NCBI RefSeq assembly: GCF_001194135.2
Contig: NC_068983.1
Span: 66,112,009 to 66,176,008 of the forward strand
DNA from: Octopus bimaculoides
Lineage: Eukaryota
Reading direction: 5' to 3'
Length of the DNA stretch: 64,000 nucleotides
The position numbers and the translations under genes were made by a program. The notes beneath the pieces were generated by a model. It was not told where the DNA came from. It searched no databases and saw nothing but the letters and a program-made list of their open reading frames with translations. This document shows positions 51,093 to 64,000 of the stretch, in pieces; position 1 is the first letter of the stretch; every line of letters starts with the position of its first letter.

Positions 51093-51264
51093 TTTAGATG
51101 TCAATCATAAGTCCTTGATTCAGGTAGTGTACATTCTAGCACATTGTTTAGGGTTATTGAATGCTCATGCAACAATTCATTTAATGAGGAAATATTTTAT
51201 CTTTGTTTTTCTCAAGTGAACAATTATATCATATGTCAATTCCAAAAGTAGAATGAAGAGTAAA
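51093..51264 (+). repeat. Local direct duplication, copy 1 (copy 2 at 53040-53213)
   Basis: tgtcaatcataagtccttgattca...gggttattgaat...tcaagtgaa...atgtcaattccaaaa...gaagagtaaa present in both. Confidence 0.85.
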
Positions 51265-52599
51265 CAAAATGACCATAATTTAAAAAAAAAATAATAACAT
51301 CTATCACTAAGAAAAGAGTATTCTAGTTGTAATTTATAGATTCTAAGACTTTGGTGATATGTGATTGCTTTTCAAATTCTTTGTCATTCATTGTATGTAC
51401 TTGTACTTCATTCTATATAATGAAATGCTAAAATATTTTCTTAATTGATGATGTTTGAAATTAAGTGTAAACAAAGAAGGCGTAGAAATATTTAGCACAA
51501 TGGATGTCAATAAACAATAAAACATTTTATCCAAAAGACTTGATTCTTTGTTAAAATCATTTCTATTTAAAAAGACATGTTTAGATTCAAATCTCTTCTT
51601 TTCTATCTGTGATTGTACAGTTGGTATCAACATGAATTTCATTGGAATAGGGAGGAAGTGGCTTTTTCATGTCACTATCTGCTCTATATATTTATGTATT
51701 AATCTACCTAGGATTTTGAAGTTGGAGAACAGAGCCAGTGAATAGAATAAGAAGTCTATCGATGAACATTATTATTCAATTGCTTCAGAACTGCTTAGAT
51801 CAATTCAACCATTCTTGAAATGTATATTTTAGTAACATTCATGGCTGTTGTTGTTTAGTTCCCAGTCAGCCACTGGTCATTCCTGATTAAGCAAATCTGT
51901 GCATAATTAAAAATAGTCCACTTTTAACTGATATTCATAGTGATGGGAGCTGATTGTAATATAGATAGTTATTACAATGTTGATGATAGTCATGCTGATC
52001 ATTTTGATGACAGGTAGTGAAAATTGTGATAATAGGGATGAAACATCAATAAAGATTACCATGATGATGAAGTTGATTACCATGATGATGATGTTGATTA
52101 CTATGATAAAAATGATGATGATGATGATGATGACGATGACGACAATGATGGTAATGGTGATGCAGTTTGTTCTCCTCATAAATAATACAATTTATACTGG
52201 ACAATGCAAATTTTCTCCTATATTACATATTTTTCCATAACGAAGTCAGCAGTGAGCAACATCATAAAAGCAGACAGATTCTAGCAGAAAATCTCTTTAT
52301 TGTGAAAATATTGTGTATAAGATACTGTAAGGTCTATAATAACCAAAGTAGTTTTAATAACCACACCCCATACTGTGTTTTATTAACTTTTTCTGCTCAA
52401 GTTTTCTTTATTTTTACTTGTTCAGTTTACAGTGTTCTTATAAACTTTATATTTTGCTTTCCTTAAAGATTTATGTTGTTATAAACAAAAGCCAGTTATG
52501 CTATAATAAACCAGGCAAAATCTGATACAAAATCTAAAACAAAATTAACACAAAGATTAATTTGTTTTGAGTAAACATGGGGCAAATTTTATACATGCA

Positions 52600-52760
52600 T
52601 GCACACATACATTCATAGATACTACAGATTTACACAAAAACCTAGAAATACTAGATTTCTTAAAGAAAGAGCAAAAGAGACTGATGTGGATTCTCCAAAT
52701 CCTATCTTCTAGTGGCACAGTAAAGATTTGTAAGCCATTCCAAAGATTCTTTACCTGAGA
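52600..52760 (+). mobile_element. C-terminal fragment of an RLE-type LINE
   Basis: DLHKNLEILDFLKKEQKRLMWILQILSSSGTVKICKPFQRF, homologous to 27880-28005. Confidence 0.55.
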
Positions 52761-55700
52761 TTCTTTAGATGAATAGATGCACACACTTGGTTGTGTAATT
52801 TGGCAGCTCAACCAGCACACCAACTCGACCACTGGAAACTCTCTGAAATCAAGAAGTCTTGTTACTTTGTTAGCAACCAGGTTGAACCCTCTGAAGAAGA
52901 ACTTATGTAATACTCAAAGAAAAAACATACATACACACGTACTCACACACTTATATATAAGAAGGTTATAGAAAGGTATAACAGAGGCCAATGTGTTGCA
53001 GGTACTTACCATAATAATAGCAAACAAGGAACTGGTATATTTAGCTGTCAATCATAAGTCCTTGATTCATATTGTGTACATGCATGCACATTGTTTTGGG
53101 TTATTGAATATTCATGTTACAATTCATTAAAGGAAAAAATATTTTGTCTTTGTTTTTGTCAAGTGAATAATTATATCATACATGTCAATTCCAAAAACAG
53201 AGTGAAGAGTAAATATCTACTCTCAGACAGTTTATTTTGTGTTGCACTCATCGAATAAAATATCAAAAAATTTCCTGACCCAAAATAAGAATCTCAACAT
53301 GGTTGCTCAATTGTTATAAATAGCAGTCAAATATCCTTCAACTCACATCCTGCTATTTTAAAAATAGAAGAATATATTGGATAACATAGTCTTAGGTAAA
53401 TTATGTGAGGTCAGAAAGGCAGTAGTCACTGCTGCAATGCTTTTAATCATAAATCTTCAAAAGTTGGGTAAACCTTGGGAGAAATACAACAGCAATAATA
53501 AATTTCTTAATCGAAAATTCAGGATCAATATCTTTCTATGTAAGATAATCATGAATATTGTTTATTCCATGTTGAATGTAGTTCTTCAGCCTGACCTTAG
53601 CCGTGATGGCTAAAACAAATAAAAAAAATATATTACTCATCAGTTTCATGTATTGTAATTTATGTAATTATACCAGTAAGGCTTCTCTAGAATGAACTTA
53701 TGCATATGCTGTGCTTAAAGTCACTCCACCCAACCCAACTCCTGTTCCTTACCACAGACACTAGACCAGCATTTGATGTTGTTATCTATCAATAATTATA
53801 ATAATTTCAATTTTATATCCAGAATATAAATTGACCCTTCATTGCAACAATTCATTATAGCTTCAAATATCATCTTATAAGCTGTCATGTACAGTACATT
53901 ATGGACACTGATGGAATAAAAGTTAAAGTCAATCGCAGAAGAGAGAAAGATAAATCTAAATCCTATTCTTCTCTTTACTCTACTATTTTCAGTTTTAATG
54001 ATCAAGTGGCACTTCATTTGGTCAACTTAGTGGCACCTCAAACTATTTATGTTTACATTGTAAATATAAATATTTTGAGGTGCTACCTTTTTCCAGTTGA
54101 TTAAAATATTATTCAGGGTTTACTTTTTCCGAATCACTTCTTTGTTATTTCTTTTTATATCTGTTTCATGCTGTACCTGGCAGTTTCTGTAACATATAAG
54201 TTTTCCACTGACAGGATTGGTTAGCCTTTCCCTCAACCTACTCCATTTCTCTGTGTGATCCCACAAGACCCTTTTCATAACACAATAAGGCCAATTCAGA
54301 GAGAGAGAGAGAGAGAGAGAAAGAAAGAGGGAGAACTGCAGTCAGAACTTGACTAATACTTTTAGTGACCCTAGAAGGATAAATGGCAAAATTGATTTTT
54401 ACAGAATTTTAACACAGAACATAGAGAATTGGAACAACTACTACAAGACATCCAATGCTCTTCTAATAACTCTACCAATTTTCCACATTCACCTTCTGTA
54501 CTTTCTTTACTGTAATATATTTAGACTGGTATTTTATCATTTTTGTTAACTTACACTGCTTTCTAATACTGAAAATTGATTACATATATGGAATTGGGCA
54601 ACGGAAAACATGTTCAGTTGAAATTGTGAAGGTGATTTATGTTACAGGATCTTGGACCTTGAGTTTAGATTTATACAGGTGCTTGATGATGTTACAGAAT
54701 AGAATACTTAATTCAGCCTTGTTACTATAGCTGCATTTTCAGTTAGCAGATCTGGAAATATTACATATAAGAATTTGATACTTCTATGCTCCTATCTAAG
54801 GTGGTATTCATCTCATATCTGCTTAATGTTGTAGGGATTCAAACCCCAACTGCAAAATTATCAGTTCATGATCATGAGTAAACCACAACACGCTCATGTG
54901 GACAACCTTAAAATCAACCAATCAGCTTGAAGCTATGCCACGAACAGCATCTTAAATGTCCTTCTTCCCTAGTTAAACAGTTTGGCATCTAAATCATGGC
55001 AGAGAGCTGTTCGCATTCAAGCAAGACAGATCTCAGCTCTCTCACCACGAAGCCATAATAATTTGCAGTGAGCTTGTATCTTTTGTTTTTCACATTTCCA
55101 GATGGTTAAGGGCTAAGCAAACAGTTAAATCAATTCCTACATACTATTCTGATAACAAATGAGACTATGATAATTTATATATGATACATGAATAATTTTC
55201 TATCAATAAAATCTGTTGTTAAACATTTGTGAGTTTGCTTTTGCTGTACTAGAATGCAGTCAGCCTGATCTTATTTTCAATTAATGAAAATACAGCATCA
55301 GTCTTTCTCGTGACAACTCGACCTTGCAAAAATGGTGACTCAGTGTAGAAAATCCTACAATAACCATACATACAATAATGGTCTCCAGCAAACACAACAA
55401 TAATGCAGAGCTTGCAACAATGTCATCATGAAAATTAGTAAAGCAATTTTCATAATTGTCAGAAATAAGTAATATATCTTCTAGGAAAAGATTATTACGG
55501 CTTGTCTATTGCTTGCCTATTACAATAGCTTACACTAACCAATGGATACATCTAACTGAAAATAATCTAAAAATGACTCTTTTTATTCCACATAATGAAA
55601 ATACCTGAGGGAAAATATGTCTTACAATTTATAACTTCAATTTCAACCAAAAATTTAAAATTATTTTTGCAACTTAAAATTAGAAATTGTTTTTATTTGC

Positions 55701-58700
55701 TAAGGCTGCAGGTAGTTAATATTAACAAAGTTATTAAAGTAAAGTGTTTTGTCACTAAACGAATTGTTTTGCTGTTGTTTTTTACTGTTCTTTTGCTAAC
55801 ACTTCTTTTTACTTCTTATTTTTTCAAGAAGTAAACCATTCATTTAAAGAATACTCTAAACTAAAATATTTTTTAAATTAACATTTTATGTTTGTTATAA
55901 AATGTGTGAACATTTTGAAACCAAATTTTTGTCATCTGACAAATATTTTTTTCTTTTTTTTTATTATATTACTTCGATTTTACTTTCACATCTGGTGTTT
56001 GTTACTTGGAACTTTTCTTATCTTATCCGTAATGAAATCCTTAACTTTTGTAAAGGATTTCAATAAAAAAAAAAAACCTAATGCTGTCACTAGAAAACTT
56101 TTAGTCTGAGATTCCTAATGCCTTATAAACCAACTGACAAAAATGGTATGTTAAAAATATAGCGAGAGAAGCCACAGTAGGCTCAGTTGATAAGATACCA
56201 GCATACCACTGAAAGGTTATCAATTTTATATTTCATCACAATTGTTGTACTTTTTCCATTACCAAAACACTTAAATTTTACTGGCATAGACTGCATACTT
56301 TTAAAGAGTTACAATAGAGAGCTACACTTCACTAATGAAATAGGCAGGATCATCATGTAATAGAAAAATATTCTGTTGGCTTGTAATGCTAAGTTCAACT
56401 CCTGCCATGGGGAGTAAAGTCAGGGCAGTCCATTGATGAATATATAAAACAACTTTAAAATATCATATTGAAGGATTCATTGATAAAAGAAAGTTTATGC
56501 TACATTGCCAAAACTGATAGTCATACTACTAATTCAAATGAAATTCAAATTAAAAATACACTATTTCTATATTTATACTTTGAAATATTTACATCATAAC
56601 TTTACTATAAGTGACCTTAAAACTGTGTTTGCAATGCAGTTTCTGTACAGCATTGAGCAAGTTCATGCCTCATATCTTTCTCTCTGGTTGAGATGGATGA
56701 CATTTATTGTTTGCAGTATCATATTTTCTCCCCATTCCTTAGAGTGTAGCACAAACATAGCCTGACCTGGAAACTCAATCTCCACTGAGCCAATGAAGGT
56801 TTCTCTGTAAGATCATTTGACTAAATAGAAGTAACAGACAAACTCACTCTGATTACACACTTTTATCTTCAAAAGTGGGGGATATATTGTATAATGTAGC
56901 CTTAGATATGCAATGCTCAAGAGAAGAGAGAGAATAGCTATATTCAAAAGGATTTTAATTATAAGTTGATTCAGCCAGAGCTGATATTGGCTAAAGAACA
57001 ACATAACCTTGTATTCAATAATATACAACAGTGCATCATTTACTATATATATATATATATATTTTACCATTAGGGCTGTAGATTGACTGAATCATTAGAA
57101 TACTTTGTGGTATGTAGTTATGTTTTAAGATCAACTGAGTTTTATCAATCTTTCCTATTACCAAATTCATTCTAATGGCTCATTCCTAAGCAGCTATGAT
57201 TAGCAATTCAGTTTCTCACTTGAGGTTTCCACCTGTCAGCCACAATCAGCATTCTTTACTTCCAACATCCTTCATTTGTTTATTACTAGCATTATTAGAA
57301 TTACTATTATAATTATCAGTTCTCATAGAGGAAACATTTTATTCTTCTTTAAAGCAAAACTTTATTCAAGCAAATTTCTTTTGGGAGTCTTGCCAAAAAA
57401 CGATTTTTATTACCCATGAAGGTCTGTCCATGGTAACTGGAGGAGTGGTAAACAAAAGAAATGTTTTTACATACGGTATTTGCTTCTATATATTGTCCAC
57501 ATTTTCACATTCAGAATAGCTACGAGGCACAAACACAGTGCAAGACAAAATAGCAGACAATGTGATAAAGTCAGCTCAGAAACAAATTATGCCACCAAAT
57601 TAAAGAAATGAAAATAATGAACATTTTTGATGAACAATTAATAGAAAAATTCAAAGTCTAACACATAATTTTGAAGATGATAATAACAGCAACAATGACA
57701 CTTCTACAGAGTCAAGCATTTTAAATTGCTTCTATAGTATCTATGTTAAAGGTAATTTTGCTTTATTTGTAGCACACACATGATTTTTAGATGTAACTCA
57801 AGTCCTAGAAAAATAGTTATTGAAGGAATTTCATAAACCCAGGCTGTTTTTCTTTGCCACAGGATCTAATCCAAGAGAAAATAAAGAAAACAAAATATAT
57901 ATACGTTTTAGAAAAAATAGTTCTAGTATCGAATTACCATTGAGGCAACAATTGCAGGAAGCACTCTATGGAAACTCAGGGAAAATTTTCTCCTTGAAAA
58001 AGAGGGAAAATTATGGTGCCATCTGCTACACTTTTAGAACAAAGACACAGCTAAAACATTGGCTAAAATGGGTGACAGTAAGAATAATAATTTTGTATTG
58101 TGGTATGGGTAGGTAGTTAAAGCAGGGTTGACAAGTGGCCACATGTGATCAAGGTATGTCATAATGGATTAATTATAGAAGTCCTAATGACCCACGAAGG
58201 CCACAGAGCCATACTAGGACTCTGATTAAATGTAGATGCTGAAACAAAGGGCATAAGTTTGATGATAGAGAGTAAAAGCTCAGTTGCTATATGACTGGGG
58301 TAAAAATCTCAAAGCATCTTTCTTTGAAAAACTGAAAAAGTGAGGGAAGAAAACAAGAAAGGAAAGCAATACAAGCTAGCTAAGTCTACAACATGAGCAA
58401 CAAACTCCAGTTTCCTGACCACCATCAGTTACAAGACTGGAAATGAAAGAAGAAATCATCTCATGCCTAGTTATAGAATTAAGTGAGCAAAATCCCCTCT
58501 CTTAACAAGAGTAACAAATAGTGCTAATCCATCATCATGTTTATTAGTGAGATAATGATTGCAAAGGAAAGTATTCAAATTACCAAAGAGGAAAAAAAAA
58601 AGAAAAAGCTACAAGGAAAAAGTCAAGTCAAGTAAAACAGATTAGAAAGATCAATCTTCTCAAAATGATTAAGATGATGAAGTAGCGAACAAAGAACTAA

Positions 58701-58739
58701 GATTTACCATCCTTTAAAAACAAAATCAACAACTAATAG

Positions 58740-59720
58740 ATAAAATTCCTGGGCAATTCAAAATTCAAAAGTATTTGACAGATAGAAGTACCATACACAT
58801 TGCAACTAGTAAGAAAAAAATCTTCAGAATGTAGTTGCTAATTTTTCTGAACAAATCAGTACTAAGTTTATGAGTGATATATTAAATAAATCTCCAATAG
58901 CTAAGCATTTTCCATTCCGAAGTTTCCCCAGTTTGGTAAGTGCTGAATGCTGTCAAATAGTGAGTACTGTTTAGACACCAAACTTCTCATTATAAAACAC
59001 AAACAAACCTGTATGTAACTCTACTAATGACTGCTTATAATGGCCACAACGTTTCCAGGTATTCTTCAAATTTGTCAAGTTTTCACAGAATCAGGCACTC
59101 ACACCATCAATGAAGTGGACAAGAGTATCATCCTCCTATAACTCATGCAGAAGAAGAATCACTGGAAGATCACACTATTTTAGTTAATGCAGTAATTTGT
59201 AGATGTATGCATAGGAGGAAAGACTATCTTTTGAAAAATCCATATTTCACAAACCTTAGCAAAAAATACATTCTAAGTATACCCAAGAATGGTCATTTGT
59301 TGGTCAAATTCTATATAGTTTCAATAACTGTATGCAATTGTGTTTTGTTGAGAAAAAATATTATACAGACTGATATCTCCTTCTAAATTGTTGGTTTTCA
59401 GTTTGTAATTGACAATTGGAACCTTGGCAATAGTGACTGCAATAGTACCATATAGTTGCTTATTCTTGCACAGTTTCTGACCAAAATTCTCAATGATACA
59501 TACACTGTAAAGATCATCAGTGGTTTTTGTAGTTACAAAATGCAAAGCAGATGTTGAGGTTACTGCTCTGAATGCCAAATCCATTGCAGGAATATTCAAA
59601 TGAACATAGATGACTTTCTGGATACATGAGACATTCCAAACCTTTAACTAACTTCTACTTGTCCTTCATAGGACCAATATCTTTTGGCTTTTGCAGGAGC
59701 TTTAAATATTTTTCCATCAT
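58740..59720 (-). pseudogene. TUT4/7 (ZCCHC11/6)-like: Processed pseudogene fragment of a TUT4/TUT7-like terminal uridylyltransferase (NTase plus PAP-associated domain)
   Basis: Collinear motifs with stops and frameshifts, no introns: YPESHLCSFEYSCNGFGIQSSNLNIC; VTIAKVPIV..LEGDISLYN; ILGYT*..FAKVC; SLSSYAYI; IDGVSA*F; SLVELHTGLFVFYNEKF; KCLAIGDLF; HKL..LFRKISNYILKIF; YGT. Confidence 0.9.
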
Positions 59721-59824
59721 AACGACCACAGCAATAACAGAGGTAGCTTCTCCTCAGGAGAGCTGTTATTCATCTTCACTTATTTTCAGAAGAAAATTCA
59801 ACACCAAGATTTAATGTTGGCAAA

Positions 59825-61103
59825 AATCATATGAAGCTTCTTCAGGCAGGAATTGTTGATGATATGAAATTAAAGCCTCTACTCAGGTATCACAATGAAA
59901 ATTCAAGTACTTCCAAAGGTTGCTCAAAGATTAATCAACCACTGATTTAGTGTTCAAATAAAAAGTCATGGATGACTAAAGGCCTTTATGAATAGTGGTT
60001 TACAAACAAATGTGTCCTGTTGTAGAAATGTACAATGATAAGCATATTTCTAACAAAGCATTGCTTCTTTTAAAAAATGCATCAAGCAATTTATTGCATT
60101 TAAATGAGCTTTCTGATCTGAGAGGTGTGATAGCTCACTCCAATGCATATTATTTAGGAAGATCTTTCAAACAACATATGAAAGCAATTAGCAGAGAGGA
60201 TAAACCTACAATAATGCAACATAATGGATTTTGTGGATAATATAGCTGAATCATGGGATGAAGTGAAGCCTTCAACTTTGAAATGTGCTTGGAAAAATAG
60301 ATGGCCAGAGTATTCAAGTGACTTTACAAATGTTGTAGGGTTTCCAGAAGTTGTCGAAGATGGCAGTGTTGAGTTGATGGTATCCCATGGAGAAAATTTA
60401 TCTCATAAGGAGCTGGTGTTGTTTGATCAAAAGTAAGTTGGGAATACAGATTAGAATACAGAAATTCAACCAACTCCACTTAAATTGACAACAAAGAATA
60501 TTGCTGAAGGGTTAGTATTTATAGAAGAAGGTCTGTAAGATTTTATTGATAATGACACTAACTATAAATGCATCATAAAAATTACATGAGGATTTTACAA
60601 TGAGTTACATTCCTCCACTGAGTTGTACAAAAAGATGATGTGCTATATACATTAAACAATTTTGGATAAGGTCTTCCCCCATTCAAACAAATGTTAATGA
60701 TGATGAAGTATAATATAGAGATATTGTCCCTCATCCTCCCAGTAACTCACATTCGACACATCTCTCAGACAGTAGTCAACATCTTTTGTGATAACAATGT
60801 AACTTGTTACAATTTTATGGGTTTATTTATTCCCTGACGTATTTCTCTTCAAATGTTTTTTTTTTTATGTATACATATTGTAGTATGCATGTTTAGAAAT
60901 TGTTATTTTCATGTATAAAAGTGGTTGTCTTGTTTGTTTTTTGTCATTCATATTATTTCTTCATTTATTTTTTCGAAAAAATCTATCAGAATACATCTCA
61001 ATTTATAACATGAAAATCATTAAGAAAATTGATATTGTAGTATTTCTCATTACATTGAAGTTTTCAGGAACACATTACGCCCATAACACAAGGAATAATA
61101 TGT
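59825..61103 (+). mobile_element. Tigger/pogo transposon, 5'-truncated
   Basis: MKLKPLLRYHNEN...SNKKSWMTK; NKALLLLKNA; DNIAESWDEVKPSTLKCAWK; decayed TIR-like end ~61060-61103. Confidence 0.85.
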
Positions 61104-62423
61104 GTGTGTGTGTGTGTGTGTAATGTATATGTGTGCATGTGCATGTAATATATATGTGTGTATGTATATGCATGTATGTATATATATATATATATATNNN
61201 NNNNNNNNNNNNNNNNNNNNNNNNNNNNNNNNNNNNNNNNNNNNNNNNNNNNNNNNNNNNNNNNNNNNNNNNNNNNNNNNNNNNNNNNNNNNNNNNNNNN
61301 NNNNNNNNNNNNNNNNNNNNNNNNNNNNNNNNNNNNNNNNNNNNNNNNNNNNNNNNNNNNNNNNNNNNNNNNNNNNNNNNNNNNNNNNNNNNNNNNNNNN
61401 NNNNNNNNNNNNNNNNNNNNNNNNNNNNNNNNNNNNNNNNNNNNNNNNNNNNNNNNNNNNNNNNNNNNNNNNNNNNNNNNNNNNNNNNNNNNNNNNNNNN
61501 NNNNNNNNNNNNNNNNNNNNNNNNNNNNNNNNNNNNNNNNNNNNNNNNNNNNNNNNNNNNNNNNNNNNNNNNNNNNNNNNNNNNNNNNNNNNNNNNNNNN
61601 NNNNNNNNNNNNNNNNNNNNNNNNNNNNNNNNNNNNNNNNNNNNNNNNNNNNNNNNNNNNNNNNNNNNNNNNNNNNNNNATATATATATATATATATACA
61701 CATTTACAGAAGGTATGTATAATTGAGTGTGTGCATCTATATATATTTAATATGATTTCTGGAGAGTCCTTATTCCTAATTACATAGTTAAACATAGGTT
61801 ATAAGAACAGATACACTCTTTGTTTGTAAGTCACTCCCACCTTCACACCCTCACTTCATTTTATTCTTTGCTTTCTTTTTATGTTTTTCACTATCTTACT
61901 TCTTTGCATCTATTTCTATATCTTTTTCCTTCCTTTCTTTTTACAAGCTAGCTGTAAGCAGCCTCTACATCCATCATCATCATTTGAAGGAATTGCTGCT
62001 TCCTTGCACACTGTTGTTTCCATGACAACTACATCAAGTTAAAAGCTACTAGAAGGAAGACAGTGTATATTATTATCTTCCACCATCTTTAGCACCAATT
62101 GTTTTTCTTTTCCCCACCTGTTCACTTCTGTTTAATTCATCACCCACGTCTCAGCAAAGCAAAATCTCAGCAAGGTTTCAATATATTTGTTACAACTAAA
62201 ATATATTTTGTTACATCTGATATATGTCTTCTCTTCTCTAACTGATTTCATTCATTTAACTGTGACCATGCAGCAATACCGTCTTTAACAGTTTTAGTTA
62301 TATCAACCTTAGTGCATAGTCTGGTCTTTATTTTATCAATCTCTATTTATAGAATGGTTAAGTCCATTTGAATCATGTACCTGTAGAGAGTTACTTTCCC
62401 TTCAAGAACACAAATAAAGAATA

Positions 62424-62844
62424 GGCGTAGGAGTGGCTGTGTGGTAAGTAGCTTGCTTACCAGCCACATGGTTCCAGGTTCAGTCCCACTGCGTGGCAGC
62501 TTAGGCAAGTGTCTTCTACTATAGCCTCGGGCCGACCAAAGCCTTGTGAGTGGATTTGGTAGATGGAAACTGAAAGAAGCCCGTCGTATATATGTATATA
62601 TATATATATAAATATTTATGTGTGTGTATATGTTTGTGTGTCTGTGTTTGTCCCCCCAACATCGCTTGACAACTGATGCTGGTGTGTTTACATCCCCGTA
62701 ACTTAGCGGTTCGGCAAAAGAGACTGATAGAATAAGTACTAGGCTTACAAAGAATAAGTCCTGGGGTCGATTAGCTTTACTAAAAGGCGGTGCTCCAGCA
62801 TGGTCACAGTCAAATGACTGAAACAAGTAAAAGAGTAAAAGAGT
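62424..62844 (+). mobile_element. Full-length young SINE family 1
   Basis: A-box-like tggctgtgtgg, B-box-like ggttcagtccc, core, internal (TA)/(TG) microsatellite, 3' cagtcaaatgactg hairpin and (AAAAGAGT)n tail; CpGs retained. Confidence 0.92.
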
Positions 62845-62879
62845 AATATATTTATATCAGTATTCTCATACACATACAC

Positions 62880-62911
<32 letters not shown>

Positions 62912-62959
62912 ACACACACACATACAACACCACACCACACACACATATGCACACATGAT

Positions 62960-63100
62960 TTCTGTCTACTAAATTTGCCTACAAATATTTGGTCAACCCA
63001 AGTCTATGGAAGAGGACGTTTACCCAAAATAGAGCACAGTGGAATCAGGTCAGAACCTTATGGTTGTGAAGTGAACTTCTTGATAAAGCACATCCATGCT
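62960..63100 (-). mobile_element. Old SINE family 1 head fragment
   Basis: Diverged reverse-complement homology. Confidence 0.55.
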
Positions 63101-63335
63101 TGTGCCCCTATATCAATATATATTTTTATGTATATTATTATATACCAATATATGTTATATATATCATTATATATCTTATATTTTAGTATATGGTATAGAA
63201 TAGGGTTAATTTAGATAGATGGTACAAAAAATATGTAACCAAGAAGAAGAGCTTCCATTTAGAAATTTAGGAGGACTTTATGTGGGTAAAGTGTTTTATA
63301 TAGGTATGCTACAACTGGAAGTGGCCATTATGGAC

Positions 63336-63382
<47 letters not shown>

Positions 63383-63456
63383 NNNNNNNNNNNNNNNNNN
63401 NNNNNNNNNNNNNNNNNNNNNNNNNNNNNNNNNNNNNNNNNNNNNNNNNNNNNNNN

Positions 63457-64000
63457 CTCCTTCATTTTCTACAATGCACTTCCATCTATCTGGTAAACTT
63501 GCAAGACTCCTTTTCCAAAATTCACTCGTCAGTGATGAAAAATACTCCTCTACTACTGTTCAGACCTCGTCTACAGAATTCATATTTTTACCATCCAAAG
63601 GATTTTGAAGACTGCGGAATAAATGATAATCAAATGGGGAGTTGTCCGGTGAATATGGTGTGTGGGGCATCATTTCCCATTCAAACTTTCATATGTCATC
63701 CTTACTGTATGTAGCTGAACATTATCCAAATGGAAGAACACCTTTTGCCTTGAAACCAGAGATGGTTGTTTTCCTTCTAGCACTAACTTAAGTTACTCAG
63801 GCTGCTTGCAATAGATCTTCTTTGTTATCGTTCGGTTTGAGTTTAAAAAGTTCAAAGTGGACTAAAGTTTTCATATCAGATAATAACACCTTTCGTGGGT
63901 GAAGACCTTCTTTAGCCTGGGGTGCCGGTGTTTCTTCTTTCCCTGTCCACTGTCTTCAGTGCTTGACATTTTTATAGAGAACCATTTTTCATTACCAGTC
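63457..64000 (-). mobile_element. Mariner family A, 3' part (continues past the window end)
   Basis: Reverse complement aligns with 30800-31375. Confidence 0.88.

Noticed and set aside
54969-55165. Two phase-compatible exon-like segments (LNSLASKSWQRAVRIQ… and WLRAKQTVKS…)
   Set aside because: The implied intron is only 34 nt, too short to be credible, and no homology was recognised
56742-56805. 64-nt segment with strong acceptor and gtaaga donor
   Set aside because: Stops in all three frames; could only be non-coding, and there is no further evidence
57516-59720. Twin-priming inversion model for the TUT retrocopy
   Set aside because: The two segments meet tail-to-tail, not head-to-head as twin priming predicts, and homology of the plus-strand part is unproven
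63337-63714. Plus-strand ORFs near the window end (and similar antisense ORFs over other mariners)
   Set aside because: Antisense shadows of the minus-strand mariner A copy

Overview
AT-rich animal genomic scaffold with eight N-gaps, most bordered by (AT)n. It is dominated by microsatellites and decayed transposons. The repeat families look like those of an octopus or other coleoid cephalopod genome (inference from recall, not a database result). I cannot support an intact protein-coding gene. The clearest gene-derived feature is an intronless, disabled copy of a TUT4/TUT7-type terminal uridylyltransferase catalytic module (~58740-59720, minus strand), abutting a 5'-truncated Tigger/pogo element. 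Mobile elements include four mariner families (one full-length copy nested in a Penelope-like element, one in-frame deletion derivative, one fused in frame to an RTE fragment), RTE, CR1, Penelope and RLE-type LINE remnants, hAT ends, Helentron-type non-autonomous elements and three SINE families. Also noted: two palindromes with degenerate hammerhead-ribozyme-like cores, a perfect 21-bp hairpin, candidate microexons and small exons, and a tentative HEAT-repeat-like relic. Coordinates of decayed elements are approximate. All family assignments come from hand translation and recalled motifs.
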